Shown here: in pieces, positions 1 to 10,191 of the stretch
Layout: every line of letters begins with the position of its first letter
Position numbering within the stretch: position 1 is the first letter of the stretch
Assembly: GCA_000002435.2 (NCBI GenBank)
Contig: CM018791.1
DNA length: 64,000 bases
Strand: one strand, 5' to 3'
Source of the DNA: Giardia intestinalis
Lineage: Eukaryota
The notes under the pieces: generated by a model
What the model saw: the letters and a program-made list of their open reading frames with translations, nothing else
Told to the model about the DNA's origin: nothing
The model's database searches: none
Translations under genes and position numbers: made by a program

Positions 1-645
1 GCTTCTGAAGCTCAGCCAGCCCTTGACTCTCCCACTGAGCAGCAGCTCTCCAATAGTGGATCATTAAGGCGTCATCCCCACGACGCGGAGAACATATTTC
101 TCAGTGCACTCATTGAGGCAGGAAGCACTAGGGCTTACGTCAAAGACAAGTCAATAAGCACAAGCGTCCAGGCACAGGGGGATGAACACTTTGTTCCGCT
201 TACCGAGGACTTCATCAAGCTTAACCGCATCTTGGCAGACTTTCCCTACAACGCAGCTCTAAATGCTAAGCTTTCTCCACGTACCGCGTCGCCCCTTTCT
301 TCCATAGTTTACAATAAGGATATTAAAGGGCGGCAGGACGGTAGGTCAAGGGTTGCTCGACCGACTTCTGCACCATCGTTGAGAACACGCAGAGACGTGT
401 ACATGGTGAATGCGCTCGTCGAGAAGCTTCATATGGCAACGAACGATCTCATGCACGAAAGGAGGCGTCGGATGGAACTGGAAACCCGGCTGCTGCAGAG
501 CAACGAAGCCATCTTCCGGGCTGCATACTCTCAAGCGCGTGTCATGGTGCTTGTTGAGTTGAGAGAGGCACTACTAACAGCACTGACTGCTAGCACAGGA
601 GAGCTGCCTGAAATCCTTTCTGATGCGCTCCGGAGCCTCTCCTGA
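1..645 (+). CDS. 3' portion of a gene that starts upstream of the window (hypothetical protein, coiled-coil C-terminus)
   Basis: Frame 1 is stop-free from base 1 to the stop at 643-645. The ORF track starts it only at a TTG at 232. The C-terminal approx 90 aa are heptad-like (ERRRRMELETRLLQSNEAIFRAAYSQ). Confidence 0.5.
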   Translation, partial: ASEAQPALDSPTEQQLSNSGSLRRHPHDAENIFLSALIEAGSTRAYVKDKSISTSVQAQGDEHFVPLTEDFIKLNRILADFPYNAALNAKLSPRTASPLSSIVYNKDIKGRQDGRSRVARPTSAPSLRTRRDVYMVNALVEKLHMATNDLMHERRRRMELETRLLQSNEAIFRAAYSQARVMVLVELREALLTALTASTGELPEILSDALRSLS

Positions 646-705
646 GCTCTTCTGAATTTAGACTCGACACCGTCGGGATTCCAATTCTGTCACCAAAGGC
701 AGAGG

Positions 706-712
706 AGTAAAT
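706..712 (+). promoter_or_regulatory. AGTAAAT putative polyadenylation signal for the upstream partial gene
   Basis: Giardia-type AGTRAAY motif about 60 nt after the stop at 645. Confidence 0.35.
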
Positions 713-827
713 AGCTTATTTTCATGGATGGTCTAGCCTACTCTCTGACTGATTGCTTCTCGCTATATCTGCCATACGGAGTCTAGAGGCTGGTGAAGCT
801 TAGATTTAGGATTCTTGTCGTTAAAAA

Positions 828-3800
828 ATGTCTAGGCCCTCCACCGCGCAAGGACGGCAAAGGAGCTTGGAGCAAGACAGCGTGAGTTCTCTCCTACTAA
901 ATACCTCAAATAGGAGTCTTGTTGTCGATGACTTGGGCACTTTGGGGCTGATAGAAGAGAGAATTCAGCAGAACATTCTTCGGTCAGACGTTCTCTCTCG
1001 CTACTTTAGCAACGAAAAGATAAAAGAGCAGAATGAACTAATCAAGAGCAAATACCTCCAGAGCCTTGTTAAACTGTCGGAGACAGAGGTGATTGAGGAA
1101 TCTTATAAAGCCATCAATGATAAGTACATAAAACTTGAGGACGCATACACAGACATGCGGAAGATGAACGAGCAGCTTCTTGAGAGCCTTAAGGAAGCGA
1201 AGATCACAATTAATCAACTGAGCGGGGGATCTGGGAAGTCTGGCACGGCAGAGATCATTTCCGGGAATATTGCCCTTTCCACCGCGCAGAGCCGCACCAT
1301 CTCGACCCTTCATAAGTTATTTACTGACCTAGACATGATCCAGGTTCCGACTGAACAGGCCAATAACATGAGCGAGCCAGAGTTGGTGCAAATGGCCGCA
1401 ATCAACCTCGCAGTCCAATACAAAAGACTCAAGGTTGATGCCGACAGTCGTCGCTCCTTCTCCACAGAGAGTGAGGCGCAGATGGACAACCTCCAGCGCC
1501 AGATTGTCAAGATAGAGTTGGAGTTAGTGGAAAGCAGAAACATGGTTTCCTTCTTAGAAAAAGAGTGTGACAGGCTCAAGAATAGCAACCAGGAAGTGGT
1601 AAATCTACGTACACAGGTTTCTCAGCGTGATGAGATACTCCAAGACAAAAGCATGCTAATAAGCACTCTCCAGAACCAGATAAAGGTTATGCAGGCAGAA
1701 AAGGTCGATGCCGACCAAGCCACTTTTGTGGCCCGGAACGATTTGAGCCTAGCAGAAGAGACCATCAAGGAAAAGAGCGTAACGATCGAGAAGCTCATGG
1801 AGAAGCTGTCGAAACTCAAAAAGACATCACAGGTGGCGATAGAGCAGAGAGACCAGGACGCAGTTGAGCTAGCGAGGTCTGTTGCAGATATGCGTCAAAA
1901 ACTCAGCGATACCGTTGATGAGAAGCAGCGCATAGTCCATCAGCTACACATAGATATGGATAGTATGAAGAAGTCCCACGAGGAGAGCATTTCGCAGCAC
2001 AAAAGCGAAATCGAGGCAATCAAAAGTGCATTTGACGAGTCCACGTTTATTAAGAACGCTCGCATCAGCAAGCTCACAACCGAGTTGACAGAGACGCAGA
2101 CACAGTTAGCAAGCGCTTTGGAGAAAAATCAGGAGCTTCAGTCTGAGTCCAAAAAGGCTCAGCACGCAGCAGAAGTCCTGCTCGCGGAAAGAGAGATAGC
2201 AAATACAACTCTTACTCAAGAGCTACAAGCAACTAAGGGGGAGCTGGAAGCAGTAAGAAAGTCTAATCACGAGCAGGTCAATTCGTACGAATCTCTTCTT
2301 CAAAAGACGCAGCAGAGCTATGAGGCTCTCTTAAGGGAAAAAGAAGACACGATACTTAAGCTTAATCTAGAATGCGATAACGCTAAGAAGGCTTTTGATG
2401 ATCATTCTGAGCAGTCGACGGCCCATGTTCAAGCGTTACGCGAAGAGGTTGAGCGCGTCAGACACACCAGCGAAAACCTTCTTCAGGAAAAAATGGGGGT
2501 TATCAATCGGTTGACTGCAGAGATACAAGCCATCAAGCTTGACGGGGAGCGAGCCTTAGACAGCAAGGATACTCAGATAGCAGAGCTACAGAAGAACGTC
2601 AGTTCTTTGATGGAAGACTTAACCAAAACGTCCTCAAACTCATCTGCAGAGCTCAGCCGACTAACTAACTTGTTAGAAGCAACCAGGAAGGACTACGTGC
2701 AACGACTAGAATCAAAGGACGAGCAGCTGCGGATTGCTACTAACGAATACAAAGAGAATATGGAAAAGCTGGATGCAGTTTTTGCCAAAAAGGATGCAGA
2801 GCTTTCAAAGCAAACTGCCGCACTACACGCTCTCCGTGATGAGCTATCCCAAGTTAAGTCAAATCATCTTTTGGAAGTTGATAGGCTTCTGAAAGAAGTT
2901 AATTCTGCTCAGCAAAACACATCCATGACCTTGCTTTCTAACCAGGACGAAATTTCTCGCCTTGGAAGAGAACTAGACGTAGTCAAGAATTCGGCGTCCA
3001 TTAACGAAGTTGAGGCAAATAAAAAGATCCAGAGTCTAAATCTGAAGATCATCTCTTTACAACAAGAGCTGCAAGACTCCAAGAACGAGGCCGATGCTGC
3101 ACTCAAAGAAAAGGTACGTGAACTGGATACTCTCCGGCTTCTCATGGATGACAGCACATCCACTGCAGCAAAGGCTGCACAAAATCTTCAGAACACTGTC
3201 GACAAGCTCCAACAGGAACTCTCCTCTGTGTCATCGGACAAGCTTGCTATCTCGGCGGAAATGAATCGAGTGGTTTCAGAGCTAAAGCACGAGCTCTCAA
3301 CTGAGAAACAAATGCGAGAAGCAGAGAATTCTCGGGCACAGCTCCAGATATCCCATCTGGAGGCACAAGTCAAAGATGCAGCAAAGGCCAAGGACAGCGA
3401 AGTGACAAGGCTCCTCTCAGACCTAAAGACTGTAAAGGAGGAGCTTGCTATCGTAGTGGATCAGAAGGATGCCAAGATTGCAGAAATTTCCCGAAAATTA
3501 GAAGATACATTCCACAAACTGCAAAGGTCTGAGCAGACGGTTGAGGTCCTTCAGGCTGCAAAAGAGAAAGAGCTGTCTGTAGCCAAACTAAATACCGATC
3601 AAACAATTGCGCTGTTAAACGACCGCGTTGCTAATCTTGCCGCTGAATTGAACAAGCAGAAGAACGAGACTGAGGAGCTTCTGGCGTTTAAAGACTTACA
3701 ATACAAGCAATTACAGAAACAATTAGAGGACTCTAGGACTGAAGTCACTGAGGCAACCAGTTCTGGCAGGGCCGAGATCTCTAGGCTCCAGCTCCAGATA

Positions 3801-5690
3801 GATAATCTTGGCGAAGCGTTATTACAGGCCCAGATAGAGTATGCACAAAAAGAAGATGCACTCAAGGATGATCTAAATAGTGCCAAGGCTGTGCTTCTTG
3901 CCGAGTCAGCCGAGAAGGATGCCATCATTTCTACGTTGAAGAAAGATCTGACAAATCTGCGTGCTGAGCTGCTCTCGTCCGAAGAGGCCAAAGATGTGAC
4001 AATTGCACGGTACAAGCAGGATTGCGAAAACCTCCAAACATCCTTGACAAAGTCAATAGAGAAGAAGGAGGAGGCGTATAACATCCTCAAGCAAGAGTTT
4101 GCAGGTTATAAGAAGGACGTGAGCGCTGCAAAGCAAGCGTACGAGGCGCAGATAGCAAGCCTCACAGGAGACCTGGCAGCCGCCAAGAAGAAGTCAGAGC
4201 AGCTTGAGATGGAGATAGAGAGAGAAATGAAGCATGCTTCAGCATCGAGCAAGAAGGCGCAAGCAGAGTTGAAAGTGACAATCGATCAGAAGCAGCGCGA
4301 GTTGGAAGAACTTCAGAAAGAGTACCTTTCCTCACAGGCCGAGGCCTTGTCCACCAACAAGCGCCTACAAGATGAAATAGACAAGCTTATACAGGACAAG
4401 GGAGGTCTCATCAATCAAATATCGAGTCTGAAACAGGAGATATCGGTATCATCCGCTGACAGAGAGCATCAAGCTAAAAAAGCCGACAAAGATATCAAGA
4501 CACTTCAAGACGCTCTACGCATAGCAGAAGAGGATAAAAGAGTTTTGGAGTTGGAGGGAAACAGCAAGCTGGAGGAGATTAAACAGCAATATGAGTGCTT
4601 GATATCAGAGAAGAATAAGTCTATCACAGAACTCAATCAAAAGGTTCGAGACATGTACAATGAAGTCATCGAAGCCCAAGCAGCCAAAAACAATGAAATT
4701 GCCAGGGCTGCAGAGGAGCTTACTAAGAAGAGCCAGACACATCTCGATATCGTAAGTGAAAAGGACGAAAAACTCGCCAAAATGGAGGCGGATTTGGCCA
4801 GGGTCCAAAAGGAGCTTCGTGCGTTAGAGATCTCAAAGAAGGAAACAGAGGCACTCCTCAAGCGAGAACAGGGAGAGCTAACACTAAGATATAGCGCAGA
4901 GACCAACATGAAGGACGAGAGAATAGTAGCTCTGGAGAAGGAGCTTGGATCTTTTAAAGATAACTTAGCTAGAACGACAAAGCTCAAGGACGACGAGATA
5001 AGAGACCTGGAAGCACAGCTGCGTGATACGAAGAAGAAGTCGCAGACAGCACTAAATGAAAACACGCAGCTAATAGATTCCATTCAAGTGAAGATGGATA
5101 GCGTGAAGCAGGAGTCCGCAGAAGCTCTTAAGAAGAAGTCTGCAAAGATCGAGGAGCTAAAGGCAGAGCTGAGCCACACACTAGAAGAACACTCTACCTT
5201 TGCTATGAAGAAGGATGCAGAGATCCAAGAACTGACACGGAAACTAGGCACTCTGGAGGCCCAGCTTGGCCAGACTGTTTCCTCGGTAGTATATGATGCC
5301 GTCAAAGAGCAGTTGGATGAAAAGGAGCGGGACACAGTTGAACTTCGTGCGGAGATTGCGCGTCTCAAGGAGGCGTCACAGGCAACGTCCATGGTCAGTG
5401 GAGAGGAGAACACAAAACTTGCGCTGAAAGTTAAGCAGCTCGAAGCGGAGCTAGAGGAGCTACGCGCTTATCACGACTTTATTAAGCCCCAAGTGATGGA
5501 ACAGAAGCTTGAGGAGATGAATGCTGCACCGCCCACAGAGGAAGCGTCGTTTATGAAACAGTTAATCAAGGAGAATGGCTACCTCAAGCAGCGCCTGAAC
5601 CAGATCGCACTGGGTAGTGACGAATCTACATCTCGCAATTCTAGTATATCCGAAGGGCGGCGTCCAGGAGGCCGCTTACGAACCAAGTAA
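828..5690 (+). CDS. Large coiled-coil protein (1620 aa), myosin-tail/SMC-like heptad repeats throughout
   Basis: Uninterrupted ORF with an ATG at 828 preceded by aaaaaa. It is extremely rich in E/K/L/Q with continuous heptad periodicity after a approx 100-aa non-coil N-terminus. The antisense ORFs inside it are low-complexity shadows. Confidence 0.8.
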   Translation: MSRPSTAQGRQRSLEQDSVSSLLLNTSNRSLVVDDLGTLGLIEERIQQNILRSDVLSRYFSNEKIKEQNELIKSKYLQSLVKLSETEVIEESYKAINDKYIKLEDAYTDMRKMNEQLLESLKEAKITINQLSGGSGKSGTAEIISGNIALSTAQSRTISTLHKLFTDLDMIQVPTEQANNMSEPELVQMAAINLAVQYKRLKVDADSRRSFSTESEAQMDNLQRQIVKIELELVESRNMVSFLEKECDRLKNSNQEVVNLRTQVSQRDEILQDKSMLISTLQNQIKVMQAEKVDADQATFVARNDLSLAEETIKEKSVTIEKLMEKLSKLKKTSQVAIEQRDQDAVELARSVADMRQKLSDTVDEKQRIVHQLHIDMDSMKKSHEESISQHKSEIEAIKSAFDESTFIKNARISKLTTELTETQTQLASALEKNQELQSESKKAQHAAEVLLAEREIANTTLTQELQATKGELEAVRKSNHEQVNSYESLLQKTQQSYEALLREKEDTILKLNLECDNAKKAFDDHSEQSTAHVQALREEVERVRHTSENLLQEKMGVINRLTAEIQAIKLDGERALDSKDTQIAELQKNVSSLMEDLTKTSSNSSAELSRLTNLLEATRKDYVQRLESKDEQLRIATNEYKENMEKLDAVFAKKDAELSKQTAALHALRDELSQVKSNHLLEVDRLLKEVNSAQQNTSMTLLSNQDEISRLGRELDVVKNSASINEVEANKKIQSLNLKIISLQQELQDSKNEADAALKEKVRELDTLRLLMDDSTSTAAKAAQNLQNTVDKLQQELSSVSSDKLAISAEMNRVVSELKHELSTEKQMREAENSRAQLQISHLEAQVKDAAKAKDSEVTRLLSDLKTVKEELAIVVDQKDAKIAEISRKLEDTFHKLQRSEQTVEVLQAAKEKELSVAKLNTDQTIALLNDRVANLAAELNKQKNETEELLAFKDLQYKQLQKQLEDSRTEVTEATSSGRAEISRLQLQIDNLGEALLQAQIEYAQKEDALKDDLNSAKAVLLAESAEKDAIISTLKKDLTNLRAELLSSEEAKDVTIARYKQDCENLQTSLTKSIEKKEEAYNILKQEFAGYKKDVSAAKQAYEAQIASLTGDLAAAKKKSEQLEMEIEREMKHASASSKKAQAELKVTIDQKQRELEELQKEYLSSQAEALSTNKRLQDEIDKLIQDKGGLINQISSLKQEISVSSADREHQAKKADKDIKTLQDALRIAEEDKRVLELEGNSKLEEIKQQYECLISEKNKSITELNQKVRDMYNEVIEAQAAKNNEIARAAEELTKKSQTHLDIVSEKDEKLAKMEADLARVQKELRALEISKKETEALLKREQGELTLRYSAETNMKDERIVALEKELGSFKDNLARTTKLKDDEIRDLEAQLRDTKKKSQTALNENTQLIDSIQVKMDSVKQESAEALKKKSAKIEELKAELSHTLEEHSTFAMKKDAEIQELTRKLGTLEAQLGQTVSSVVYDAVKEQLDEKERDTVELRAEIARLKEASQATSMVSGEENTKLALKVKQLEAELEELRAYHDFIKPQVMEQKLEEMNAAPPTEEASFMKQLIKENGYLKQRLNQIALGSDESTSRNSSISEGRRPGGRLRTK

Positions 5691-5753
5691 TTCCTGGCTC
5701 TGCTCGTCCATAGCTTTGTCTTCCTTCCTCCTTCCCGCTAATAAATTAATTTT

Positions 5754-6794
5754 ATGCTGGATCTTCTTCGAAATCTATACAGGGCTATGGAAGGCGATAA
5801 CACGGAGCTTGCATGCACGTGTATTCCTTCAGATTCTCAAATTCCGGATCTCAAGTCTCTCTGCTCTTCGCTTTCATATAGCAACCTGGTTGATGGGCTT
5901 CTTGCAGTCACGTGGCTCTTGCAGCAGAGCATCGGAGAGGCCTACAATAAGTATGCCAGCTGTCTTGGAAACGCCATCATGCGGTGTTGCATTGACCAAG
6001 CCCGCGAGGTCACCCCGCTACAAACCTATAAACCAATTCCGATAAGCGACCACCCACGTAAGGCGGTCGCCAGTAAGCTCACAGATTGCATTAACTTATT
6101 ACGGATATTAAAGATAGACAGTGGCAGCGACGATCCATTCATCACGCGCCTCGAAAGCCTCTCAGACGCTGAGCTAACAACGTTTCGTACTGCAATTGCG
6201 CCACATATGAGGCGGCATTTTAGCGAGGTTGGAGACGAGGTCCGCGAGGAAGCTCAGATGGACAATCCCGCAACCGTATATGCCGTGTACCAGTCTGACT
6301 GTTCTCATCAGCCTTATGTATATTTCTATCTGCCCAAAAACCCTCTCTTCATTGCTGACCTGATAGAGTCATCCCTTTTCAATGCGTTCTCAGGCGGATA
6401 CACAAAAGAATATGAGGTCCTGGAGAGAAACAGACAGGGGCTAGCTCAATCATACGTCGACAAGTTTATCCTCATACACTCCGCCCTTACACATCCGGGA
6501 AACCTGGATCTTTGTGCATCAGTGTTTATGCAGGTAATAAAGCCACAGGAGCTTGTGCACATGAGCGTAATAGAATTAGAGCCAGCAGAATGCCGTGAGC
6601 TGAGAAATAAGGCGAGAGAGGAGATAATGGCTAGTGTAGATCTGAAGAGGTTTGTCCAGCATACAGGAATACAGTGCAAAAAGTGCAAGCAAGAGACCGT
6701 TGTTCGCTTGGAGAAGCAGACAAGAAGCGCTGACGAGGCTACGACAATAGAATACACGTGTTCCAGCTGCGGACACAGATGGAGAGTAAACTAG
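5754..6794 (+). CDS. TFIIS: Transcription elongation factor TFIIS (S-II)
   Basis: The C-terminal Zn-ribbon CKKCKQETVVRLEKQTRSADEATTIEYTCSSCGHRW matches the TFIIS CxxC-(RSADE)-CxxC signature. A 346-aa length fits TFIIS rather than the small Rpb9/A12.2 ribbons. The ATG at 5754 is preceded by aattaatttt. Confidence 0.75.
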   Translation: MLDLLRNLYRAMEGDNTELACTCIPSDSQIPDLKSLCSSLSYSNLVDGLLAVTWLLQQSIGEAYNKYASCLGNAIMRCCIDQAREVTPLQTYKPIPISDHPRKAVASKLTDCINLLRILKIDSGSDDPFITRLESLSDAELTTFRTAIAPHMRRHFSEVGDEVREEAQMDNPATVYAVYQSDCSHQPYVYFYLPKNPLFIADLIESSLFNAFSGGYTKEYEVLERNRQGLAQSYVDKFILIHSALTHPGNLDLCASVFMQVIKPQELVHMSVIELEPAECRELRNKAREEIMASVDLKRFVQHTGIQCKKCKQETVVRLEKQTRSADEATTIEYTCSSCGHRWRVN

Positions 6795-6830
6795 TGCCCA
6801 CTAAGCTCCTCAAGTGTTACACCGCCACAA

Positions 6831-7544
6831 TCAGGTGGGCGAATCTTTAGCCCCCATCTGTTCCTCGAGCATCTCTTTCCTCTTTGCATTATATTCTGCA
6901 ATCTTCGCCCGCAGCTTGTCTTCCAGAGACCCGCAGAACGAAGAGAAGTTTGGAATTTCCATGGGATCAAAGGCACTGTCCGGAAGCCAGGGGACGGGCT
7001 CCACGGCGATATTTGCCATGTTGACGCAACTCTTTTCGTTGTTAATAAAGCCCTCCACATCCACGAGAAGTCCTCCAGTTGTACGAACCCTCGTATGGTT
7101 GACAGTTAAGATGTGCTCGTTTGTGCTCAAGATTGTACGCAGGAACTCCTTCTCGGAGACAACAGGATTCCCAGTAAGGTCAACATTAGTCAGATTAGCC
7201 ATCTTAGATAGATGCCGAAGCTCTTCCAGAGAAGATATTTTGCAGCCGACAAGGGAAATGGTCTCTGCTGTGCAGACAGATACCCCTTCATCAGTCAGTT
7301 CTCCTAGAAAACCCAACGAGGTAATCGGATTCCCGTCCAAAATAAGGATCTGCAAGGATGGCATCTTCTTCACAAAAGGGGCTGATCTAAGCTTATTATT
7401 GGAGAGGTTTAGATAAAAAACGGCTGTACAGAGCTCTAAAATGGTGGCGTCATCAACGTCCCGGTCTATCACGCTGAGCCGCGTGACGTTAGAAAGCGAA
7501 AATTCGCCGCTGAGCTGCTTAACCTCTACATCAGACAGCCGCAT
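6831..7544 (-). CDS. Leucine-rich repeat protein with LRR-cap (U2A'/SDS22/LC1-like)
   Basis: LxxLxLxxN repeats (LNLSNNKLRS, LQILILDGNPITSL, LTNVDLTGNPVV) are followed by a cap-like motif. The track start at 7595 is a TTG, and the first in-frame ATG is at 7544. Confidence 0.65.
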   Translation of the reverse strand: MRLSDVEVKQLSGEFSLSNVTRLSVIDRDVDDATILELCTAVFYLNLSNNKLRSAPFVKKMPSLQILILDGNPITSLGFLGELTDEGVSVCTAETISLVGCKISSLEELRHLSKMANLTNVDLTGNPVVSEKEFLRTILSTNEHILTVNHTRVRTTGGLLVDVEGFINNEKSCVNMANIAVEPVPWLPDSAFDPMEIPNFSSFCGSLEDKLRAKIAEYNAKRKEMLEEQMGAKDSPT

Positions 7545-7591
7545 GGTCGACAGCAGTGGCAGGTGCCAAGCGGCAAAGATCGGTACCAAAA

Positions 7592-9457
7592 TCAAATTTT
7601 AATTTTTGTTTTCCGATACCCTGACAGCATTTCGCTGAGGGTCTGGCAGACTTGTTCTGCGGTCATCCGCGCGTTCATATCCAGACAAAGTAAATTGGTG
7701 ATCAAATCCACCACCCTATCAGACGGATTGCACACATAACAGGTCCCTGAACACAGATCTGCCCGTGCCCTGTCCATCAGCGAACCTCTTCCCGGTATCT
7801 CTGCGAAGTTGTTGGGAGCCAGAAATAAATTAATGTTCCCGACAAAGCATGCAAATGCTACAACCCCATAGGAGTACATATCGCTTGCTGGGCCGAAAAC
7901 CCCCTGCAGAAGTTTTTCGGGAGCAGTAAAGGGCTTTGTCCCTGCTAGAGAGGTGACCATCTGAACTTCTTTCTTGTCCGCCAGCGGCTTCACAAGGGTA
8001 AAATCGCTCAGTTTCCAGACACCCCCCTCTGCGAGGAGAATATTGCGCAATGAAATGTCGTTATGTGTGATTGGAGAATCTAATGTATGCAAATATTTAA
8101 GGGCTTCTGCAATCTGGAGTAGTATTGTTAGGAGCTCATGCTCTGTTCGTGCCTGCTTGTCGCTGCGGCAAAGGAGGGCAAGAAAATCATGCAGATCACC
8201 ACCTTCGCACAGCTCCATGGAAAGTGCAATTTCATTGTATGGTTCGTAAGCCGGATTGAGAACGATGCGCCCAGTGGTTGAATTCACAAAGATCGGGTCA
8301 GAATTCAGCTGGACGATGTTAGGATGCTTCAAGTGATGATATATTGCCGCTTCTCTGTTAAGGAACAGCCACCGCTTGGTCTCTGCTATGTGTTCATCTC
8401 CTTCCAGTGAAGTCTCTTTACGGGATATCTTCAGTGCAACAATCTGTGCTGTGCTCAAATCCATTGCCTTATAAACGGTGGAAAACCCGCCAGACCCCAA
8501 TTTCTTCATCAATATATATCGGGGACGAACAGTGGATGCCACCGGCGGGAGCTTTACCGTCTGGTAGTTCCGCACAGTCACGTCTGCATTCATCGGAAAG
8601 AGTACTGGAAGAGATTCGTTGTTATAGTAGTTGCTTAGACAATACGTCGAAACCTGGCGCCTGATCACACCATCCTCTTCAGCTTGGAGGTTGATTACAT
8701 CCAACTCAGTCAGCAAGGACCTGCACTCTATGGCAGCAGCATTATACTGAGCCGTGTATGTAGCCCTATCCTTTGGACTTAGCCTTCCTTTGAGCCGCCC
8801 CTCCAAGTCTGCAATCCGCTCTTTTAGTTGCTTGAGCGCGTGCTGCTTCTCATAATGGGCGACGGAATACACAGCACTCGTTTGCTTCTGTAGCGCCCGT
8901 GGCGGGGCGAACATCCTATTAGCATCGTACCTAAGCATGAGATACTTACGCTCAAGACCAGCCAGTTCAAGACCCAGAGAAATATGATTGCGATACAGCC
9001 TATCATGCGAGTCTGCGGGATGTGGTGGAGGTGGTGTTTGGTTTGCTTGGAAGGACCCTGACGAATAAACAGGGTTGGCAGCAGAGGCTCCTCCCAAGAC
9101 GGGTAACTGAGCTGTCTTTGTGAAAGGAGCTTTTTGGGCAGTCTCTTGGTGAAAGATTTTACTTGGAGAGCTACGGCTTGCCTGTGGCGTCTTCTGGTCT
9201 AGCTGTCCTGACTGCACGGGTGTGCTAGTAAGGCTTGTAGGGACCTCTTCTGTCTCTGGAAGCTTGTTTTCCCTAGCATCTAGCATAAGCTGAACGATCT
9301 TCTCCTCTGTCCATAGATTTGGAAAGCGCTTGGCGATGTTCTTTGCCAACTCTTCAATGGTCGCGTTAGAAGCGGTAAGATCCATAGCTTTAATGGCTCT
9401 AATTGCCTGTATTTTTCGGTGTCTAACCGAGCCTGTCACCACTGCGCCGTCGGGCAT
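7592..9457 (-). CDS. Ser/Thr protein kinase, probably NEK family, with long N-terminal extension
   Basis: The kinase core has GSGGFSTVYKAMD (Gly loop), VALK, HNDISLRN (catalytic loop variant), DFT, and TKPFTAPE. The track start at 9517 is a TTG. In-frame ATGs lie at 9457 and 9385, and the latter has the more AT-rich upstream context. Confidence 0.75.
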   Translation of the reverse strand: MPDGAVVTGSVRHRKIQAIRAIKAMDLTASNATIEELAKNIAKRFPNLWTEEKIVQLMLDARENKLPETEEVPTSLTSTPVQSGQLDQKTPQASRSSPSKIFHQETAQKAPFTKTAQLPVLGGASAANPVYSSGSFQANQTPPPPHPADSHDRLYRNHISLGLELAGLERKYLMLRYDANRMFAPPRALQKQTSAVYSVAHYEKQHALKQLKERIADLEGRLKGRLSPKDRATYTAQYNAAAIECRSLLTELDVINLQAEEDGVIRRQVSTYCLSNYYNNESLPVLFPMNADVTVRNYQTVKLPPVASTVRPRYILMKKLGSGGFSTVYKAMDLSTAQIVALKISRKETSLEGDEHIAETKRWLFLNREAAIYHHLKHPNIVQLNSDPIFVNSTTGRIVLNPAYEPYNEIALSMELCEGGDLHDFLALLCRSDKQARTEHELLTILLQIAEALKYLHTLDSPITHNDISLRNILLAEGGVWKLSDFTLVKPLADKKEVQMVTSLAGTKPFTAPEKLLQGVFGPASDMYSYGVVAFACFVGNINLFLAPNNFAEIPGRGSLMDRARADLCSGTCYVCNPSDRVVDLITNLLCLDMNARMTAEQVCQTLSEMLSGYRKTKIKI

Positions 9458-9535
9458 GTGTGGCACCGGCTCTTGCTCTAATCTGATTTTTAAGAGCACG
9501 CCAGAGCATTTACACAACGCTTCCTGCGGGCCTAC

Positions 9536-10183
9536 TTAAGGAAGAAACGGGGGATAAAGGTGGATTCGTCTAAGTCTGTGACGGACCACAAAAAGGGCCG
9601 TCGCACAGAATGCCAGAAAGAGGCCCCTGACAATCCGTTTATCTCTTCGCTCGATTTTATCAATCTCCGAAATGCACCGACGGCCCTCTACAGTTGCCAT
9701 GGCAATGCTATCGTGGCTCTGTGAGACACTGCGAAGAACGTCCGTCGACGCCTGGAGCGCCCGCAGACAGTCCTCACTTCGCGTGGCCTCTTGGGAGAGA
9801 ATTCTATAGACGTTCTCCAGACGCGATATTACATCAACGTTTGTGCGCACCCGTTCGTTATCCTCTAGATTTGCTTGTCTCTTACTGTGCTTCATGGCCA
9901 TGTTCTGGGCCTTTACATCTGCCACAAACTTCGCTCTTAGAGCATCCAAGTCATTTTGAAGGGTGTCTGCACTGACTTGGTAGATCGAAATAGCTCTGCT
10001 CTCGGCCGGATACATTGCAGAGAAGTCAGCTATAAGCAGTCCTACCTGTTCCAGCTGCTGTCGCATGCGCTCTATGCGCGCAAGAACTTGTTGCTCTGGA
10101 AGATTAAGGATATCCATCGACTGCAGAGCCGCATACTCACAGGAGACATCGTCTAGAGCAGCCCGAATCAGCTGAGCATTCAT
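9536..10183 (-). CDS. Tail-anchored coiled-coil membrane protein, possible Q-SNARE
   Basis: It has an ATG with AT-rich upstream. N-terminal heptad repeats are followed by a single C-terminal hydrophobic helix (GLFLAFCATALFVV) and a short tail. This is SNARE-like architecture, but the family is not assignable by eye. Confidence 0.5.
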   Translation of the reverse strand: MNAQLIRAALDDVSCEYAALQSMDILNLPEQQVLARIERMRQQLEQVGLLIADFSAMYPAESRAISIYQVSADTLQNDLDALRAKFVADVKAQNMAMKHSKRQANLEDNERVRTNVDVISRLENVYRILSQEATRSEDCLRALQASTDVLRSVSQSHDSIAMATVEGRRCISEIDKIERRDKRIVRGLFLAFCATALFVVRHRLRRIHLYPPFLP

Positions 10184-10191
10184 AGTTCTTA

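Noticed and set aside
232-645. ORF-track start codons labelled M at 232, 7595, 9517, 17429, 21097, 24167, 30207, 51839, 61684, 61803 and 63937
   Set aside because: Inspection of the nucleotides shows these are TTG/GTG codons (a bacterial-style start set in the ORF caller), not ATG. Starts were moved to the first in-frame ATG. For 1-645 and 62384-64000 the frame stays open to the window edge, so those genes are partial.
3599-5413. Antisense ORFs of 67-163 aa inside the 1620-aa coiled-coil gene (and similar ones inside the 1299-aa and 577-aa coiled-coil genes and the giant ORF)
   Set aside because: They are Ser/Ala/Leu-rich low-complexity shadows of GAA/AAG/CTT-rich coiled-coil coding sequence, with no start context or motifs.
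5617-6045. 142-aa plus-strand ORF overlapping the end of the coiled-coil gene and the start of TFIIS
   Set aside because: It is out of frame with both flanking genes, hydrophobic junk, and occupies their UTR and CDS. It is spurious.
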